Shown one piece after another: positions 1-15,110 of a stretch of 64,000 bases of DNA; positions within the stretch are counted from its first letter, which is position 1, and the number at the start of each line of letters is the position of its first letter. The notes under the pieces are model-generated. The model was not told the DNA's origin. It saw only the letters and a list, made by a program, of their open reading frames with translations, and made no database searches. The position numbers were made by a program, and so were the translations under genes. The DNA comes from Eledone cirrhosa (taxonomy: Eukaryota). The DNA lies in contig OZ024757.1 of the NCBI GenBank assembly GCA_964016885.1, forward strand, positions 28,210,001 to 28,274,000. Reading direction: 5' to 3'.

Positions 1-1496
1 GGGAAGTTAAAGGTCCACTTCAGTCATGACTTACTGTATGTTTGCATCTGGAAATTTCAATTTCATGTTCCAAAGAAAAGTATATGAGATGTGAGCCCCT
101 GGTTTATTAGAAGGATCAGTAGCTCTGCTTGAGTACTGACTTAGTCAGTAACAACCAGTCCAACCATTGTTAGCAGGGAGAAGGGATGTTAAATCGTAAT
201 GATCTTGAGAGTTCCTCATGATCTCTATATTACAATGAAATGAGAATATCTTTGTTGAGCTAAAGACATTATAATAAATATTTTCTACAGATTAAATGCA
301 ATATAAAAAAAATCCTTAATAGAAATAATAAAACTGGGACACAGTCATGTGAAAGAAAAGCTGTTTCCTACTTATAAATATATGTCTGTGTGTATCCAGT
401 TTGGAATAGGTACATCGTATCCCTGCTTGTTTTAACCTTATAGTTATCAACCTGGCCAAAACCAGCTCTGGTTCTATGAAATAAATGAACCCATTCTAAA
501 GGTTTCCAATTTAAATTAAAATCTTTCAAAATAATTTTCCAATGTCTGTCTTCATCTTACATTAAGTTACTATCTTAGTAATGAAATAATTAATAATTTT
601 TGTAAATCCCTCAAAATTCTTCATTAATTAATTAAAATAGGTCCCATCCAAGTAATGGCAGCATAGAAAAATCAACGTAAATATGGTGATGATGATATAT
701 ATACATATATATAAAACAGAGTATGTCTGTCTGTGTAAATCACTAAAACTTGAGAAGTACCCAACCAATTTTTTTCAAACTTTACACATGCATTACTTAT
801 ATTTCTTGAAGTGCTATGGGCTAAACATTTTTAACTTTTTCTGCCCTAGGGCAGGTAGCATAAGTATGAGCAACCAGTTACCGCTGGTTTGAACAGAAAG
901 AGGTGAGAGACTTCTGGTTAAGTGACTGAGTCTTCCACAGAAAGGTACACCCTTAATAAAACAGGCAAAATCAGTGTATTACAAGGCTGTTGTAGTGGTG
1001 GTGGTGATGTTGGTGGTGGTTGTTGGTGTGGTGGCAGTGATTACTGAGATGACGGAGGTTGTAGTTGTAGTGGTAGCAGTTGTTATTGTGATGGTTGTAG
1101 TAGTTGTGGTGATGATGATAGTAGTGATGGTATTGGTCATAGTGACAGTAGTGGTGATGATGGTTGTGAGATGGGGTGGTGAGTTGCTGTGCAATACAGT
1201 GGTAGTGTGCAAAGGTATGTAATGTATTGCACCACTGCAGCTGCAATGTGCAACAACAGCAGCATGAGGAAGGGGAGGAGAATATGCAGTAATATTGGCA
1301 GTGGTGGTGGGGTGATCAGGATGGTAGTGGCAATTGTAGGTGATTGGGGCTGACTAGAGCGGTTGTGGTAGCATAAGTTGATGATGATGGTAGCAATAGT
1401 GATAGGGTTGGTGATTTGTCTGGTAGTGCTGGTGATGGTGATGGAGCGTGGTGATGATAGCGATGATAGAACAGGATGATGATGATGATGATGGTA

Positions 1497-4400
1497 AGGA
1501 GGGCAGGTGACTGTGATATTAGTGGTGATGATAGTGTTCATGGTGGATTTGGTGTTGGTGATGATGATGATGGTAAGGAGGGAAGGTGACTGTGATATTA
1601 GTGGTGATGATAGTGTTCATGGTGGTTTTGGTGTTGGTGATGATGATGATGGTAAGGAGGGAAGGTGACTGTGATATTAGTGGTGATGATAGTGTTCATG
1701 GTGGTTTTGGTGTCGGTGATGATGATGGTAAGGAGGGAAGGTGACTGTGATATTAGTGGTGATGATAGTGTTCATGATGGATTTGGTGTTGGTGATGATG
1801 ATGATGGTAAGGAGGGAAGGTGACTGTGATATTAGTGGTGATGATAGTGTTCATGGTGGATTTGGTGTTGGTGATGATGATGATGGTAAGGAGGGAAGGT
1901 GACTGTGATATTAGTGGTGATGATAGTGTTCATGGTGGATTTGGTGTTGGTGATGATGATGATGGTAAGGAGGGAAGGTGACTGTGATATTAGTGGTGAT
2001 GATAGTGTTCATGATGGATTTGGTGTTGGTGATGATGATGATGATGGTAAGGAAGGAAGGTGACTGTGATATTAGTGGTGATGATAGTGTTCATGGTGGT
2101 TTTGGTGTTGGTGATGATGATGATGGTAAGGAGGGAAGGTGACTGTGATATTAGTGGTGATGATAGTGTTCATGGTGGTGTTGGTGATGATGATGATGGT
2201 AAGGAAGGAAGGTGACTGTGATATTAGTGGTGATGATAGTGTTCATGGTGGATTTGGTGTTGGTGATGATGATGATGGTAAGGAGGGAAGGTGACTGTGA
2301 TATTAGTGGTGATGATAGTGTTCATGGTGGTTTTGGTGTTGGTGATGATGATGATGGTAAGGAGGGAAGGTGACTGTGATATTAGTGGTGATGATAGTGT
2401 TCATGGTGGTGTTGGTGTTGGTGATGATGATGATGGTAAGGAGGGAAGGTGACTGTGATATTAGTGGTGATGATAGTGTTCATGGTGGTTTTGGTGTTGG
2501 TGATGATGATGATGGTAAGGAGGGAAGGTGACTGTGATATTAGTGGTGATGATAGTGTTCATGGTGGTGTTGGTGATGATGATGATGGTAAGGAAGGAAG
2601 GTGACTGTGATATTAGTGGTGATGATAGTGTTCATGGTGGATTTGGTGTTGGTGATGATGATGATGGTAAGGAGGGAAGGTGACTGTGATATTAGTGGTG
2701 ATGATAGTGTTCATGGTGGATTTGGTGTTGGTGATGATGATGATGGTAAGGAAGGTGGCTGTGATATTAGTGGTGATGATAGTGTTCATGGTGGTGTTGG
2801 TGCTGGTGATGATGATGATGGTAAGGAAGGAAGGTGACTGTGATATTAGTGGTGATGATAGTGTTCATGGTGGATTTGGTGTTGGTGATGATGATGATGG
2901 TAAGGAGGGAAGGTGACTGTGATATTAGTGGTGATGATAGTGTTCATGGTGGATTTGGTGTTGGTGATGATGATGATGGTAAGGAGGGAAGGTGACTGTG
3001 ATATTAGTGGTGATGATAGTGTTCATGGTGGTTTTGGTGTTGGTGATGATGATGATGATGGTAAGGAGGGAAGGTGACTGTGATATTAGTGGTGATGATA
3101 GTGTTCATGGTGGATTTGGTGTTGGTGATGATGGTAAGGAGGGAAGGTGACTGTGATATTAGTGGTGATGATAGTGTTCATGGTGGTTTTGGTGTTGGTG
3201 ATGATGATGATGGTAAGGGGGGAAGGTGACTGATATTAGTGGTGATGATAGTGTTCATGGTGGATTTGGTGTTGGTGTTGATGATGATGGTAAGGAGGGA
3301 AGGTGACTGTGATATTAGTGGTGATGATAGTGTTCATGGTGGTTTTGGTGTTGGTGATGATGATGATGGTAAGGAGGGAAGGTGACTGTGATATTAGTGG
3401 TGATGATAGTGTTCATGGTGGATTTGGTGTTGGTGATGATGATGATGGTAAGGAGGGAAGGTGACTGTGATATTAGTGGTGATGATAGTGTTCATGGTGG
3501 ATTTGGTGTTGGTGATGATGATGATGGTAAGGAGGGAAGGTGACTGTGATATTAGTGGTGATGATAGTGTTCATGATGGTGTTGGTGTTGATGATGATGG
3601 TAAGGAGGGAAGGTGACTGTGATATTAGTGGTGATGATAGTGTTCATGGTGGTTTTGGTGTTGGTGATGATGATGATGGTAAGGAGGGAAGGTGACTGTG
3701 ATATTAGTGGTGATGATAGTGTTCATGGTGGATTTGGTGTTGGTGATGATGATGATGGTAAGGAAGGAAGGTGACTGTGATATTAGTGGTGATGATAGTG
3801 TTCATGGTGGTGTTGGTGTTGGTGATGATGATGATGGTAAGGAGGGAAGGTGACTGTGATATTAGTGGTGATGATAGTGTTCATGGTGGATTTGGTGTTG
3901 GTGATGATGATGATGGTAAGGAGGGAAGGTGACTGTGATATTAGTGGTGATGATAGTGTTCATGGTGGTTTTGGTGTTGGTGATGATGATGATGGTAAGG
4001 AGGGAAGGTGACTGTGATATTAGTGGTGATGATAGTGTTCATGGTGGTGTTGGTGATGATGATGATGGTAAGGAGGGAAGGTGACTGTGATATTAGTGGT
4101 GATGATAGTGTTCATGGTGGATTTGGTGTTGATGATGATGGTAAGGAGGGAAGGTGACTGTGATATTAGTGGTGATGATAGTGTTCATGGTGGTGTTGGT
4201 GATGATGATGATGATGGTAAGGAGGGAAGGTGACTGTGATATTAGTGGTGATGATAGTGTTCATGGTGGTTTTGGTGTTGGTGTTGATGATGATGGTAAG
4301 GAGGGAAGGTGACTGTGATATTAGTGGTGATGATAGTGTTCATGGTGGTGTTGGTGATGATGATGATGATGGTAAGGAGGGAAGGTGACTGTGATATTAG

Positions 4401-7288
4401 TGGTGATGATAGTGTTCATGGTGGATTTGGTGTTGGTGATGATGATGATGGTAAGGAGGGAAGGTGACTGTGATATTAGTGGTGATGATAGTGTTCATGG
4501 TGGTTTTGGTGTTGGTGATGATGATGATGATGGTAAGGAGGGAAGGTGACTGTGATATTAGTGGTGATGATAGTGTTCATGGTGGTTTTGGTGTTGGTGA
4601 TGATGATGATGATGGTAAGGAGGGAAGGTGACTGTGATATTAGTGGTGATGATAGTGTTCATGGTGGATTTGGTGTTGGTGATGATGATGATGGTAAGGA
4701 GGGAAGGTGACTGTGATATTAGTGGTGATGATAGTGTTCATGGTGGATTTGGTGTTGGTGATGATGATGATGGTAAGGAGGGAAGGTGACTGTGATATTA
4801 GTGGTGATGATAGTGTTCATGGTGGATTTGGTGTTGGTGATGATGATGATGGTAAGGAAGGTGGCTGTGATATTAGTGGTGATGATAGTGTTCATGGTGG
4901 ATTTGGTGTTGGTGATGATGATGATGGTAAGGAGGGAAGGTGACTGTGATATTAGTGGTGATGATAGTGTTCATGGTGGATTTGGTGTTGGTGATGATGA
5001 TGATGGTAAGGAGGGAAGGTGACTGTGATATTAGTGGTGATGATAGTGTTCATGATGGTGTTGGTGTTGATGATGATGGTAAGGAGGGAAGGTGACTGTG
5101 ATATTAGTGGTGATGATAGTGTTCATGGTGGTTTTGGTGTTGGTGATGATGATGATGGTAAGGAGGGAAGGTGACTGTGATATTAGTGGTGATGATAGTG
5201 TTCATGGTGGATTTGGTGTTGGTGATGATGATGATGGTAAGGAAGGAAGGTGACTGTGATATTAGTGGTGATGATAGTGTTCATGGTGGATTTGGTGTTG
5301 GTGATGATGATGATGGTAAGGAGGGAAGGTGACTGTGATATTAGTGGTGATGATAGTGTTCATGGTGGATTTGGTGTTGGTGATGATGATGATGGTAAGG
5401 AAGGTGGCTGTGATATTAGTGGTGATGATAGTGTTCATGGTGGTGTTGGTGCTGGTGATGATGATGATGGTAAGGAAGGAAGGTGACTGTGATATTAGTG
5501 GTGATGATAGTGTTCATGGTGGTTTTGGTGTTGGTGATGATGATGATGGTAAGGAGGGAAGGTGACTGTGATATTAGTGGTGATGATAGTGTTCATGGTG
5601 GATTTGGTGTTGGTGATGATGATGATGGTAAGGAGGGAAGGTGACTGTGATATTAGTGGTGATGATAGTGTTCATGGTGGTTTTGGTGTTGGTGATGATG
5701 ATGATGATGGTAAGGAGGGAAGGTGACTGTGATATTAGTGGTGATGATAGTGTTCATGGTGGATTTGGTGTTGGTGATGATGATGATGGTAAGGAGGGAA
5801 GGTGACTGTGATATTAGTGGTGATGATAGTGTTCATGGTGGTTTTGGTGTTGGTGATGATGATGATGGTAAGGAGGGAAGGTGACTGATATTAGTGGTGA
5901 TGATAGTGTTCATGGTGGATTTGGTGTTGGTGTTGATGATGATGGTAAGGAGGGAAGGTGACTGTGATATTAGTGGTGATGATAGTGTTCATGGTGGTTT
6001 TGGTGTTGGTGATGATGATGATGGTAAGGAGGGAAGGTGACTGTGATATTAGTGGTGATGATAGTGTTCATGGTGGATTTGGTGTTGGTGATGATGATGA
6101 TGGTAAGGAGGGAAGGTGACTGTGATATTAGTGGTGATGATAGTGTTCATGGTGGATTTGGTGTTGGTGATGATGATGATGGTAAGGAGGGAAGGTGACT
6201 GTGATATTAGTGGTGATGATAGTGTTCATGATGGTGTTGGTGTTGATGATGATGGTAAGGAGGGAAGGTGACTGTGATATTAGTGGTGATGATAGTGTTC
6301 ATGGTGGTTTTGGTGTTGGTGATGATGATGATGATGGTAAGGAGGGAAGGTGACTGTGATATTAGTGGTGATGATAGTGTTCATGGTGGATTTGGTGTTG
6401 GTGATGATGATGATGATGGTAAGGAGGGAAGGTGACTGTGATATTAGTGGTGATGATAGTGTTCATGGTGGTTTTGGTGTTGGTGATGATGATGATGGTA
6501 AGGAGGGAAGGTGACTGTGATATTAGTGGTGATGATAGTGTTCATGGTGGTTTTGGTGTTGGTGATGATGATGATGATGGTAAGGAGGGAAGGTGACTGT
6601 GATATTAGTGGTGATGATAGTGTTCATGGTGGTTTTGGTGTTGGTGATGATGATGATGGTAAGGAGGGAAGGTGACTGTGATATTAGTGGTGATGATAGT
6701 GTTCATGGTGGTTTTGGTGTTGGTGATGATGATGATGGTAAGGAGTGAAGGTGACTGTGATATTAGTGGTGATGATAGTGTTCATGGTGGTTTTGGTGTT
6801 GGTGATGATGATGATGGTAAGGAGGGAAGGTGACTGTGATATTAGTGGTGATGATAGTGTTCATGATGGATTTGGTGTTGGTGATGATGATGATGGTAAG
6901 GAAGGAAGGTGGCTGTGATATTAGTGGTGATGATAGTGTTCATGATGGATTTGGTGTTGGTGATGATGGTAAGGAGGGAAGGTGACTGTGATATTAGTTG
7001 TGATGATAGTGTTCATGATGGTGTTGGTGTTGGTGATGATGATGATGGTAAGGAAGGAAGGTGACTGTGATATTAGTGGTGATGATAGTGTTCATGGTGG
7101 ATTTGGTGTTGGTGATGATGATGATGGTAAGGAGGGAAGGTGACTGTGATATTAGTGGTGATGATAGTGTTCATGGTGGATTTGGTGTTGGTGATGATGA
7201 TGATGGTAAGGAGGGAAGGTGACTGTGATATTAGTGGTGATGATAGTGTTCATGGTGGATTTGGTGTTGGTGATGATGATGATGATGA
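1497..7288. repeat. 79-bp tandem satellite, about 73 copies
   Basis: Unit ggtgactgtgatattagtggtgatgatagtgttcatggtggatttggtgttggtgatgatgatgatggtaaggagggaa repeated head-to-tail with small (gat)n and substitution variants. Confidence 0.98.
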
Positions 7289-7362
7289 TGACACCATCCA
7301 TCTGTAAGGTAGACAAAAGCGAAAGTCAGGTGTGCGACCTCTCGCTGTGTTAATGTACTTAC

Positions 7363-7463
7363 TTTCAGTCTTCTAACTAGTGCGCCGCTATCTTCTTTTT
7401 CCTTTTTATCATCTTCTTCATTGACTTCATCTTTATTCCATTTCAACTTAATGGCAACAGATA
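7363..7463 (-). CDS. Candidate internal coding exon of an unidentified host gene
   Basis: Minus strand: ttttatattttgaaAG acceptor, 101-nt stop-free exon (x)SVAIKLKWNKDEVNEEDDKKEKEDSGALVRRLK, GTAAGT donor; phase 1 in, phase 0 out; non-repetitive island. Confidence 0.5.
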
Positions 7464-7780
7464 CTTTCAAAATATAAAATTCTTCTCTTCTTAAACCAAG
7501 CAACGAATTAATTACAGTGTAAAGAAGAGTTGAGAAGATGTGAAGAAGAATGAAGAAGCTACTGTAATTTCTGTAATTTTTATATATAAATTAAACAAAC
7601 AAATATATACATATATATCTGTGTATGTGTGTCTGTGTATATATATGTGTTTAGGTGTGTATATGTGTGTATATGTATATATATATATATGTATATATGT
7701 GTGTGTGTGTATGTTTATATATATATGTGAATGTATCTATATATGTGTATGAATATATATATATATAATATATATATATA

Positions 7781-7822
<42 letters not shown>

Positions 7823-7855
7823 TTATATATATGTGTATGAATATATATATATATA

Positions 7856-7891
<36 letters not shown>

Positions 7892-8103
7892 ATGTGTTTA
7901 TATATATGTGTTTGTATATATATATATACACATGTGGGTGTGTGTGTATGTTTATATATATATGTGTATGTATACATGTATATATGTGTGTCTATATATC
8001 TGTGTGTGTTTATATATATGTGTATGTATATATGTGTGCCTGTATATATATATATATATATATATGTGTTTATATATATACATATACATATGTATATATA
8101 TGA

Positions 8104-8722
8104 GAATGGAGAGAACCAAAGTGTTGTAGATATGGAGCTTTATCTTCTGGGAGATCAAGTAGTGGTGCCAAATGAGGCCAGACCACATCTGCAGTTGATC
8201 TCTGGGGTCAGGTCTCTGGGGTCAAGCCCAGGTAAATGAAAGAGCTGACAAACTCCATGACATTAGGGCCAATATGAAGCAAGGGAGGATCCGGGCCATT
8301 GCTGACATGCAACAGCTTGGTTTCCGCCCAGCTCACTTGAAGTTCCCGGTTTATTGTCAGTGCGTCCCTGAACTGATCTATCGAGTTGCTGAATACGGTG
8401 GTGTCATGTGCATACTCCAGGTTGGTAAGGTTTTAGTTCCTGAAGGTAACGCCAGAAACTCGCTCGCAGACTTTGGTCATCAGATAGTGGATGACACACA
8501 GTTGAAGAGGTCGAGGGCAGCTATGCAGCCCTGTCTGACTCTGCTGTTGATGGGGAACCAGTTGGAGTCCTTCCTGTTCACCCGTATGCAGCTCTCAGCA
8601 CAGCTGTAGAGCTGTTCGAATAGAGTGGTGATCTTGGCAGGTGTGCCAATGTACTTGAGAATTTACCAGAGAAATGCATGGTCAACTGTGTCAAAATCTA
8701 CCTTGAGGTCGATGAAGGTAAT
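8104..8722 (-). mobile_element. Decayed RTE-clade LINE reverse transcriptase fragment
   Basis: Minus-strand translation FIDLKVDFDTVDHAFLW*ILKYIGTPAK...SRVRQGCIAALDLFN, LEYAHD (decayed YADD) and [17 protein letters not shown]; stops and frameshifts. Confidence 0.88.
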
Positions 8723-9573
8723 AGACAGTCATACATATACCCATACAGTCACACATATACCGATACAATTACACACACATGTTCACATACAGTTATATAC
8801 ATATACTCATACAATTTCATATATATGCATACAGTTATACATATATACAGGTACACACATACGCATGTAATTATACATATGCACACAATTACACATATAC
8901 ACACAGCTACACATCCCGAAATACGAAGAAATGAAGATAAATTTTCTCCAAAGTTCTAAACAGATGCGTATATTGGTGTAGAAACAAATATATGGTGATT
9001 GAGAAGATGTATATATATATATATATATATATATACAAACATAGATATTTATTATTATTTGGATTTTGGTCTTTGTATTTATTATTACTATATATATATA
9101 TACATATATATATTCATACACACATGTATATATATGGGTGTGTATATATGCATACACACACACATACCCACATATATATATATGTATGTGTGTGTGTATT
9201 AAAGAAATATATCTAAAAGTAGACAAGTAATTTAAATTTCATTTAATTTCAAATATTATGAAATTTTAAATGACATTAACAAGAAAAGATCGCGTAATGT
9301 TCGCAGTGTGACAGATATAGGTGGCATAGCAGGGAAGAGGTAGAGAGGTAGATATTATGTGTATCTGAGAGAGAGAGAGAGGTACAAAGAGAAATAATGA
9401 GGGATAGGAAAAGAAAGAGAGAGAGAGAGAGTGAATCAGAGTTTAAGGAATTAGAGAGATGCTTTATGTAAACTAAGCAGAAAAATTACTAAATAAAAAT
9501 GAAATAATAATTTCTAATTTACATAATAATAATGATAATACCAACAAAAATAATATTTGAAATTTCAAAAAGA

Positions 9574-9637
<64 letters not shown>

Positions 9638-10120
9638 TAGAATTGTGTAGCGAACATTAAATGATGATGATGATATAAATAAATAGATAGTTAGATAGAT
9701 CAGTAAATATATAGATATTTAGTTATTTATTTATTTGCTGATTATATATATATATATTTATATATATAAAATAAATATATATTAGAGGTTTTCTTGTTTG
9801 GAAACTTCTGGAAAGGTTAAAATTCCGTGATACATCTACTCCATATATAATATTTTGTCATAACGTTTGAGATTTTTATGAAAATTAATATCAAACAAAT
9901 ATATTTGTAGCTCAAAGGGAAAGGCTGTTAGAAACACATTATATATAGACAGGAGAGAAAAATACATACAAACACATGCACAGACAGAAAAAAAACAAAG
10001 CAACACATACATAAATGCACACGTTCGTATATACACACACATATATATATATGCCCACATACATATATACACACATCCATATATGTACATATGCATGTAT
10101 GTACACATACATATATACTA

Positions 10121-10548
10121 GCATACATTCATATACATATTCATACACACATACAAACACAAGTACACACAAATATATGCATATACATACATATGCACAT
10201 ACACACATATATATACATATGAACATACACAAACATACATACATACACATATGTGTATGTATGTATGTTTGTGTATGTTCATATGTATATATATGCATGT
10301 ATATGCATATACATACATATGCACATACACGCATATATATGTATATGCATATACATACATATGCACATACACGCATATATATACATATGAACATACACAA
10401 ACATACATACATACACATATGTGTATGTATGTATGTTTGTGTATGTTCATATGTATATATATGCATGTATGTGCATATGTATGTATATGCATATATTTGT
10501 GTGTACTTATGTTTGTATGTGTGTATGAATATGTATATGAATGTATGC
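10121..10548. repeat. Nested inverted repeat within compound microsatellite
   Basis: Outer arms gcatacattcatatacatattcatacacacatacaaacacaagtacac and its reverse complement enclose two copies of a palindrome centred on catacacatatgtgtatg. Confidence 0.8.
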
Positions 10549-11551
10549 ATATATATAACTGGTATACATATATAACTGGAAACTAGACTTAAAAAAATGA
10601 AAATTTTAAACTGTTTAACCAAATTGAAATTATTTGTCATTTTCAGATTTAAAATTTTTAAATAAATATACATATATATTTATGTGTGCATATATGTATA
10701 TATATATATATATGTGTGTATGCATATGTTTATATATGTGTGTGTGTCTGTGTGTGTGCATATATCGATAGATAAATAGATAAATGGATATATTCTTTTT
10801 TATGTTTCAATTTCAAATTTTCCTTTTTGTGGTCTATTTACATTTAATTTTATTTTTGCTTCTAAATCTTTACAAATTAGATCTTTTCAAAGAATCTTGG
10901 TTCAAACATGAATATTATATATTAGTTTCCTGTGGAATTGTTGCTACCATTTAGGCATACTGGTAAATAGTATAAATTCATATAGTGGAATAAGATAAAA
11001 GTTTAGTATCCTACATGTAAGTAAGAGCTAAGTAAGAAGGAAAATAAATCTCTATATAAATTTCTGCGATTCTGTCACAACACTTAATGAGAAAGGAGTA
11101 GTTTGACTACCTCATACTACTCCCCTCTCTTTACCTCTGCTGCTTGCGTGAACGTATGTATAAATGTATGTGTGTGAATGTATGCCTGTGAGTGTATATT
11201 TTTGTAAGTGTGTCGGTGTTTACACGTATATATTTATATATTCATACATATAAATGTATGCATATTGCACATACACACATATACACTTATGCGTCAGTGT
11301 ATGGAAATATATATATATATATATATCTTTAAATCTATTACACATTAATATCTATGTCTGTCTGTCCATCTATTTATTCAACTATCTCTCTCTTTCTAGC
11401 TCCATATTTATCTTATTCTATCTCTCTACTTACCTTTATATATATCTATATAGAAAAAAATATGAACCATGATGCCTTGCGGTCCCAGCTTGTATTTAGC
11501 AAACTTTTCCAAGGGTGTACTCAGCACCAAAGACTTTATCTATATATATAT

Positions 11552-11902
11552 GGAGGCACATGGCTTAGTGGTTAGAGCATTGGTCTTGCAACCTTGAAAG
11601 GTTGTGAGTTCAATTCTCAGACCGGGTGATGTGTTGTTTCCTTGAGCAAGACACTTTATTTCACATTGCTCCAGTTTACTCAGCTGTAGAAATGAGATGA
11701 TAGGGACTGGGGTCCCTATCATCTCATATCATCTCCACTGCAAAGTGGACGTGTAGGTGCCACAGAAAAAAAGCACCCAGCACTCACTGTAAGGTTGGTG
11801 TTAGGAAGGGCATCCAGCTGTAGAAATCAAGCCAGAATCAGTTCCCGTCCCACCCTTGCAAGCAGGGAAAAAGCGGACATAAAATGATGATGATGATGAT
11901 GA

Positions 11903-11905
<3 letters not shown>
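11552..11905 (+). mobile_element. tRNA-derived SINE (family A) with CORE-like centre and (GAT)n tail
   Basis: A box tggcttagtgg, B box gttcaattc, ccttgagcaagacactt core, 3' tail ...ggaaaaagcggacataaaatgatgatgat; head nearly identical to the inverted copy at 32.6-32.9 kb. Confidence 0.88.
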
Positions 11906-11975
<70 letters not shown>

Positions 11976-12002
11976 AATATATAAAGAGAGAGGGATGTAC
12001 AT

Positions 12003-12994
12003 ATCTGATTTCAACTTAGGGAAAAGGTAGAAATCAGATGTTGCCAGATCTGGGCTGTATAGAAGATGTGGAAAAGTGAGAAGGTTTTTCATTCCTAGAA
12101 ATTTTCTCATTGAAAGTGCTGTGTGAGCAGACTCGTTATCATGGTGCAGAACCCAATCTCCTGTAATGGCCGTTCAGAACCTGTTTTCAAAGTTGTTCCA
12201 AGACATCTTTGTAAAAGGTGTGATTAGCTGTCTGTCTTAGAGCTAAAAATTATTTGAGAACAATAACACAGCTGTTGAAAAAAATGATAATCAACGTTTT
12301 CACCCTGGATCGTACTTGAACACACATGATTTATCTGTTGTTACTTCATCCAAGAAATCTGGCTCAATTTTGAGTCTTTCAAGCAAATCCTGACAAATTT
12401 CCAACCAGTTTGCCTTTTGCTCTACAGACAAGTGTTTGGGCATTATTTTTGCACAAATTTTTTGCATGTGCAAATGGTCTGTTAAAATTCTGTGAACTGC
12501 ATTTTTATCCAAGCCTTTCTTCTGCAATCATCCTAACACTTAATCAGCAATTTTTCCCCATCATTGCTTGCACCACATCCACATTTTGTTCATTTGTTGA
12601 TAAGATTGGCCTTCCAGAATGAGGCTTGTTTTCAACATTTTCTTAGCCCTCTTTGAAAGCTTTTGTACTACTTAAAACCTTACTTCTCCATTGAGTGGCA
12701 TGTCCATAAGCCTGTGTTAAAGAATTAGATGTTTCGGTGGCAGATTTGTTGAGTTTCATACAAAATTTGATTTTGTACCTTTGTTCGATATTTTCCTGCA
12801 TCGCAAACATAACAGGTTACAAACACATCTGTACATAAACAACAATAACTCACCACTGCCTTAATTGATCATGTTAAAACAAGTATGTACATGCAGCCAA
12901 GGTTAAACCAAAATGCCTATATAGATCAATGAGGGGTTGAGTTACTATGTTGTACATAAGAAAATCAGTACCCTTATTTTTGAGACAAACCTCA
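12003..12994 (-). mobile_element. Decayed mariner-type DNA transposon, 3'-truncated
   Basis: MQENIEQRYKIKFCMKLNKSATET...HSGRP N-terminus (ATG at 12801), KICAKIMPKHL (WVPxxL-like), TTDKSCVFKYDP, HHDN, YSPDLATSDFYLFPKLK; 5' TIR-like TA|TGAGGTTTGTCTCAAAAATAAG; frameshifts and stops. Confidence 0.92.
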
Positions 12995-13452
12995 TATGTA
13001 GATAACAAACATACACTCTAATGTTAACATTTTGGATAACATTTTCCACTTCTAGCACATGCACACATTACCACTTCTGAGATGCTCGCAAAGTAGGTGT
13101 CACATGATCATATGTTTTATAGATATATATTGTATATGTATGTATATATATATATATGTATATATATATATGTATGTATATGTTTGTTTGTATATTATAT
13201 ATATATGTATATATATGTATATATATATATATATATAAGTAGCTATCTATATTTATATATAAAGTAGAAGCATTTTTCTTTAAAAATAATGATAATAATG
13301 ATAATAATAATAACAATAATTTCCATAATTGTGCATTTGATGACTTCTTGAAAGAGTTGTCCAATTATTTTTAATAGAAACCTATAAATGGTGTCTTTGT
13401 ATGTCCAAAATATTTGTTGTTTTATTTCCGATATCTTTGTGGAAAGATAAAC

Positions 13453-13510
<58 letters not shown>

Positions 13511-15110
13511 TTGAACGGAACATTTTTTTGGTAGTTGTTTATTTTTTTTTCCCATCACCACCTCATCGAACGATATATATATTTAGAAACACTGTGTTGT
13601 TTGATTGTTATTTGATATTTTCCCATTACAAACCTATTTCTGGGATGGTTTCAGAGATAAATTAGAAAAAAAAAAAGTAATAATTGAAAAAAAAAAAGAA
13701 AGGAATTAGCAATAGAAAAAAAAATGTACAACTTGGTGGGGATGGGGAAGTAAAGTAAAAACAACAAAACAATCAAAATAAAATTATCCCCCCCCCCACC
13801 TCCTTCCTAAAAAAAAAGAATTTTATAGAAAAAACTAAAAGTAGCCGCTATAATGGTAATAGTATTGAAATAATAGCAATGCTAACAACAACAATAAAGG
13901 TATATCAAAATAATGTTGTTGATGATGATGATGATGTTGTTATTGTTAATAATAAAAATAATAATATAATAATAACAATAACATCAATAACAACTACTAT
14001 AACAACAATAGATATTTCAAAATAATGTTGTTGTTGATGATGGTGCTGTTATTGTTAATAATAATAATAATGATATTAATATCCACTGCTGTAACAACAA
14101 CAAAGGTAAATCAAAATATTGCTGTTGTTGATTATGATAATATTGTTGTTGTTATTGTTGTTGTTTTTAATAACAACAACAGCAGCAGCAACTAGTATAC
14201 CAGTAACGGTATACCAAAATAATGCTGATGATAATGTTGTTATTGTTGTTATTAATAACAACAACATCAGCAACAACTAGTATACCAGTAATGGTATACC
14301 AAAATAATGCTGGTGATGATATTGTTATTATTAACACTAACAACAACAACAGCAGCAACAACAAAGAGAAGAAAAAAAAATATTAATAATCATTTTGTTA
14401 TTTGCCACATGAGTTAAAAAGAATATTACAATAACAACATTAAATATCATGATGCTGGTGATGTCATTGATGATGATGATGATAATAAAAGAATGATTAC
14501 CTTTTTTTTATAATCGTAGTAGTAGTAGTAGTAGTAGTAGTAGTAATAATAAATTCTTCATTTCCCAAAAGGGAAATGCAAAAAATTACAAATTCTATGA
14601 ATAACAATAACAAGAAATGCAACAATAACAGTAGCAATTGCAACAACAACAACAACAACAACTATAACAACAATGATAATAACAATAATAGTAATAATAA
14701 TGTCAACAACAACATCAACATTGATGATGATGATGATAATCTTCTGACCTGGCACAAAGGCCCAATAACACCACCATCAACAACAACACTGCATCAATGA
14801 CAACAAATATACTGCAACAACAACTGCAGCTACAATGTAATAACACTACCAACACCAACAACAATAACACTAAAAACACCAATCAACAACATCATCATCA
14901 TCACATACATTACATAGGACACTACCAGAAGCAACACCACCAACAACAACATTAACACCAAAATCACCAACACAATCAAGAACACCACCACCATCACAAA
15001 CACTACAGACACTATCAACACCAACCAAAATCACCATCACATAGAACATTACGAACACCAGCACCACCGCAAACATTATCAACACCACCACCAACACCAA
15101 CAGCAATAAC

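Noticed and set aside
1497-7288. CRISPR-like or coding interpretation of the 79-bp array
   Set aside because: No unique spacers or cas genes; the unit is not a multiple of 3 and contains stops.
11552-11625. tRNA gene (also 57496-57565)
   Set aside because: A and B boxes continue into a SINE body; no proper acceptor stem or terminator.
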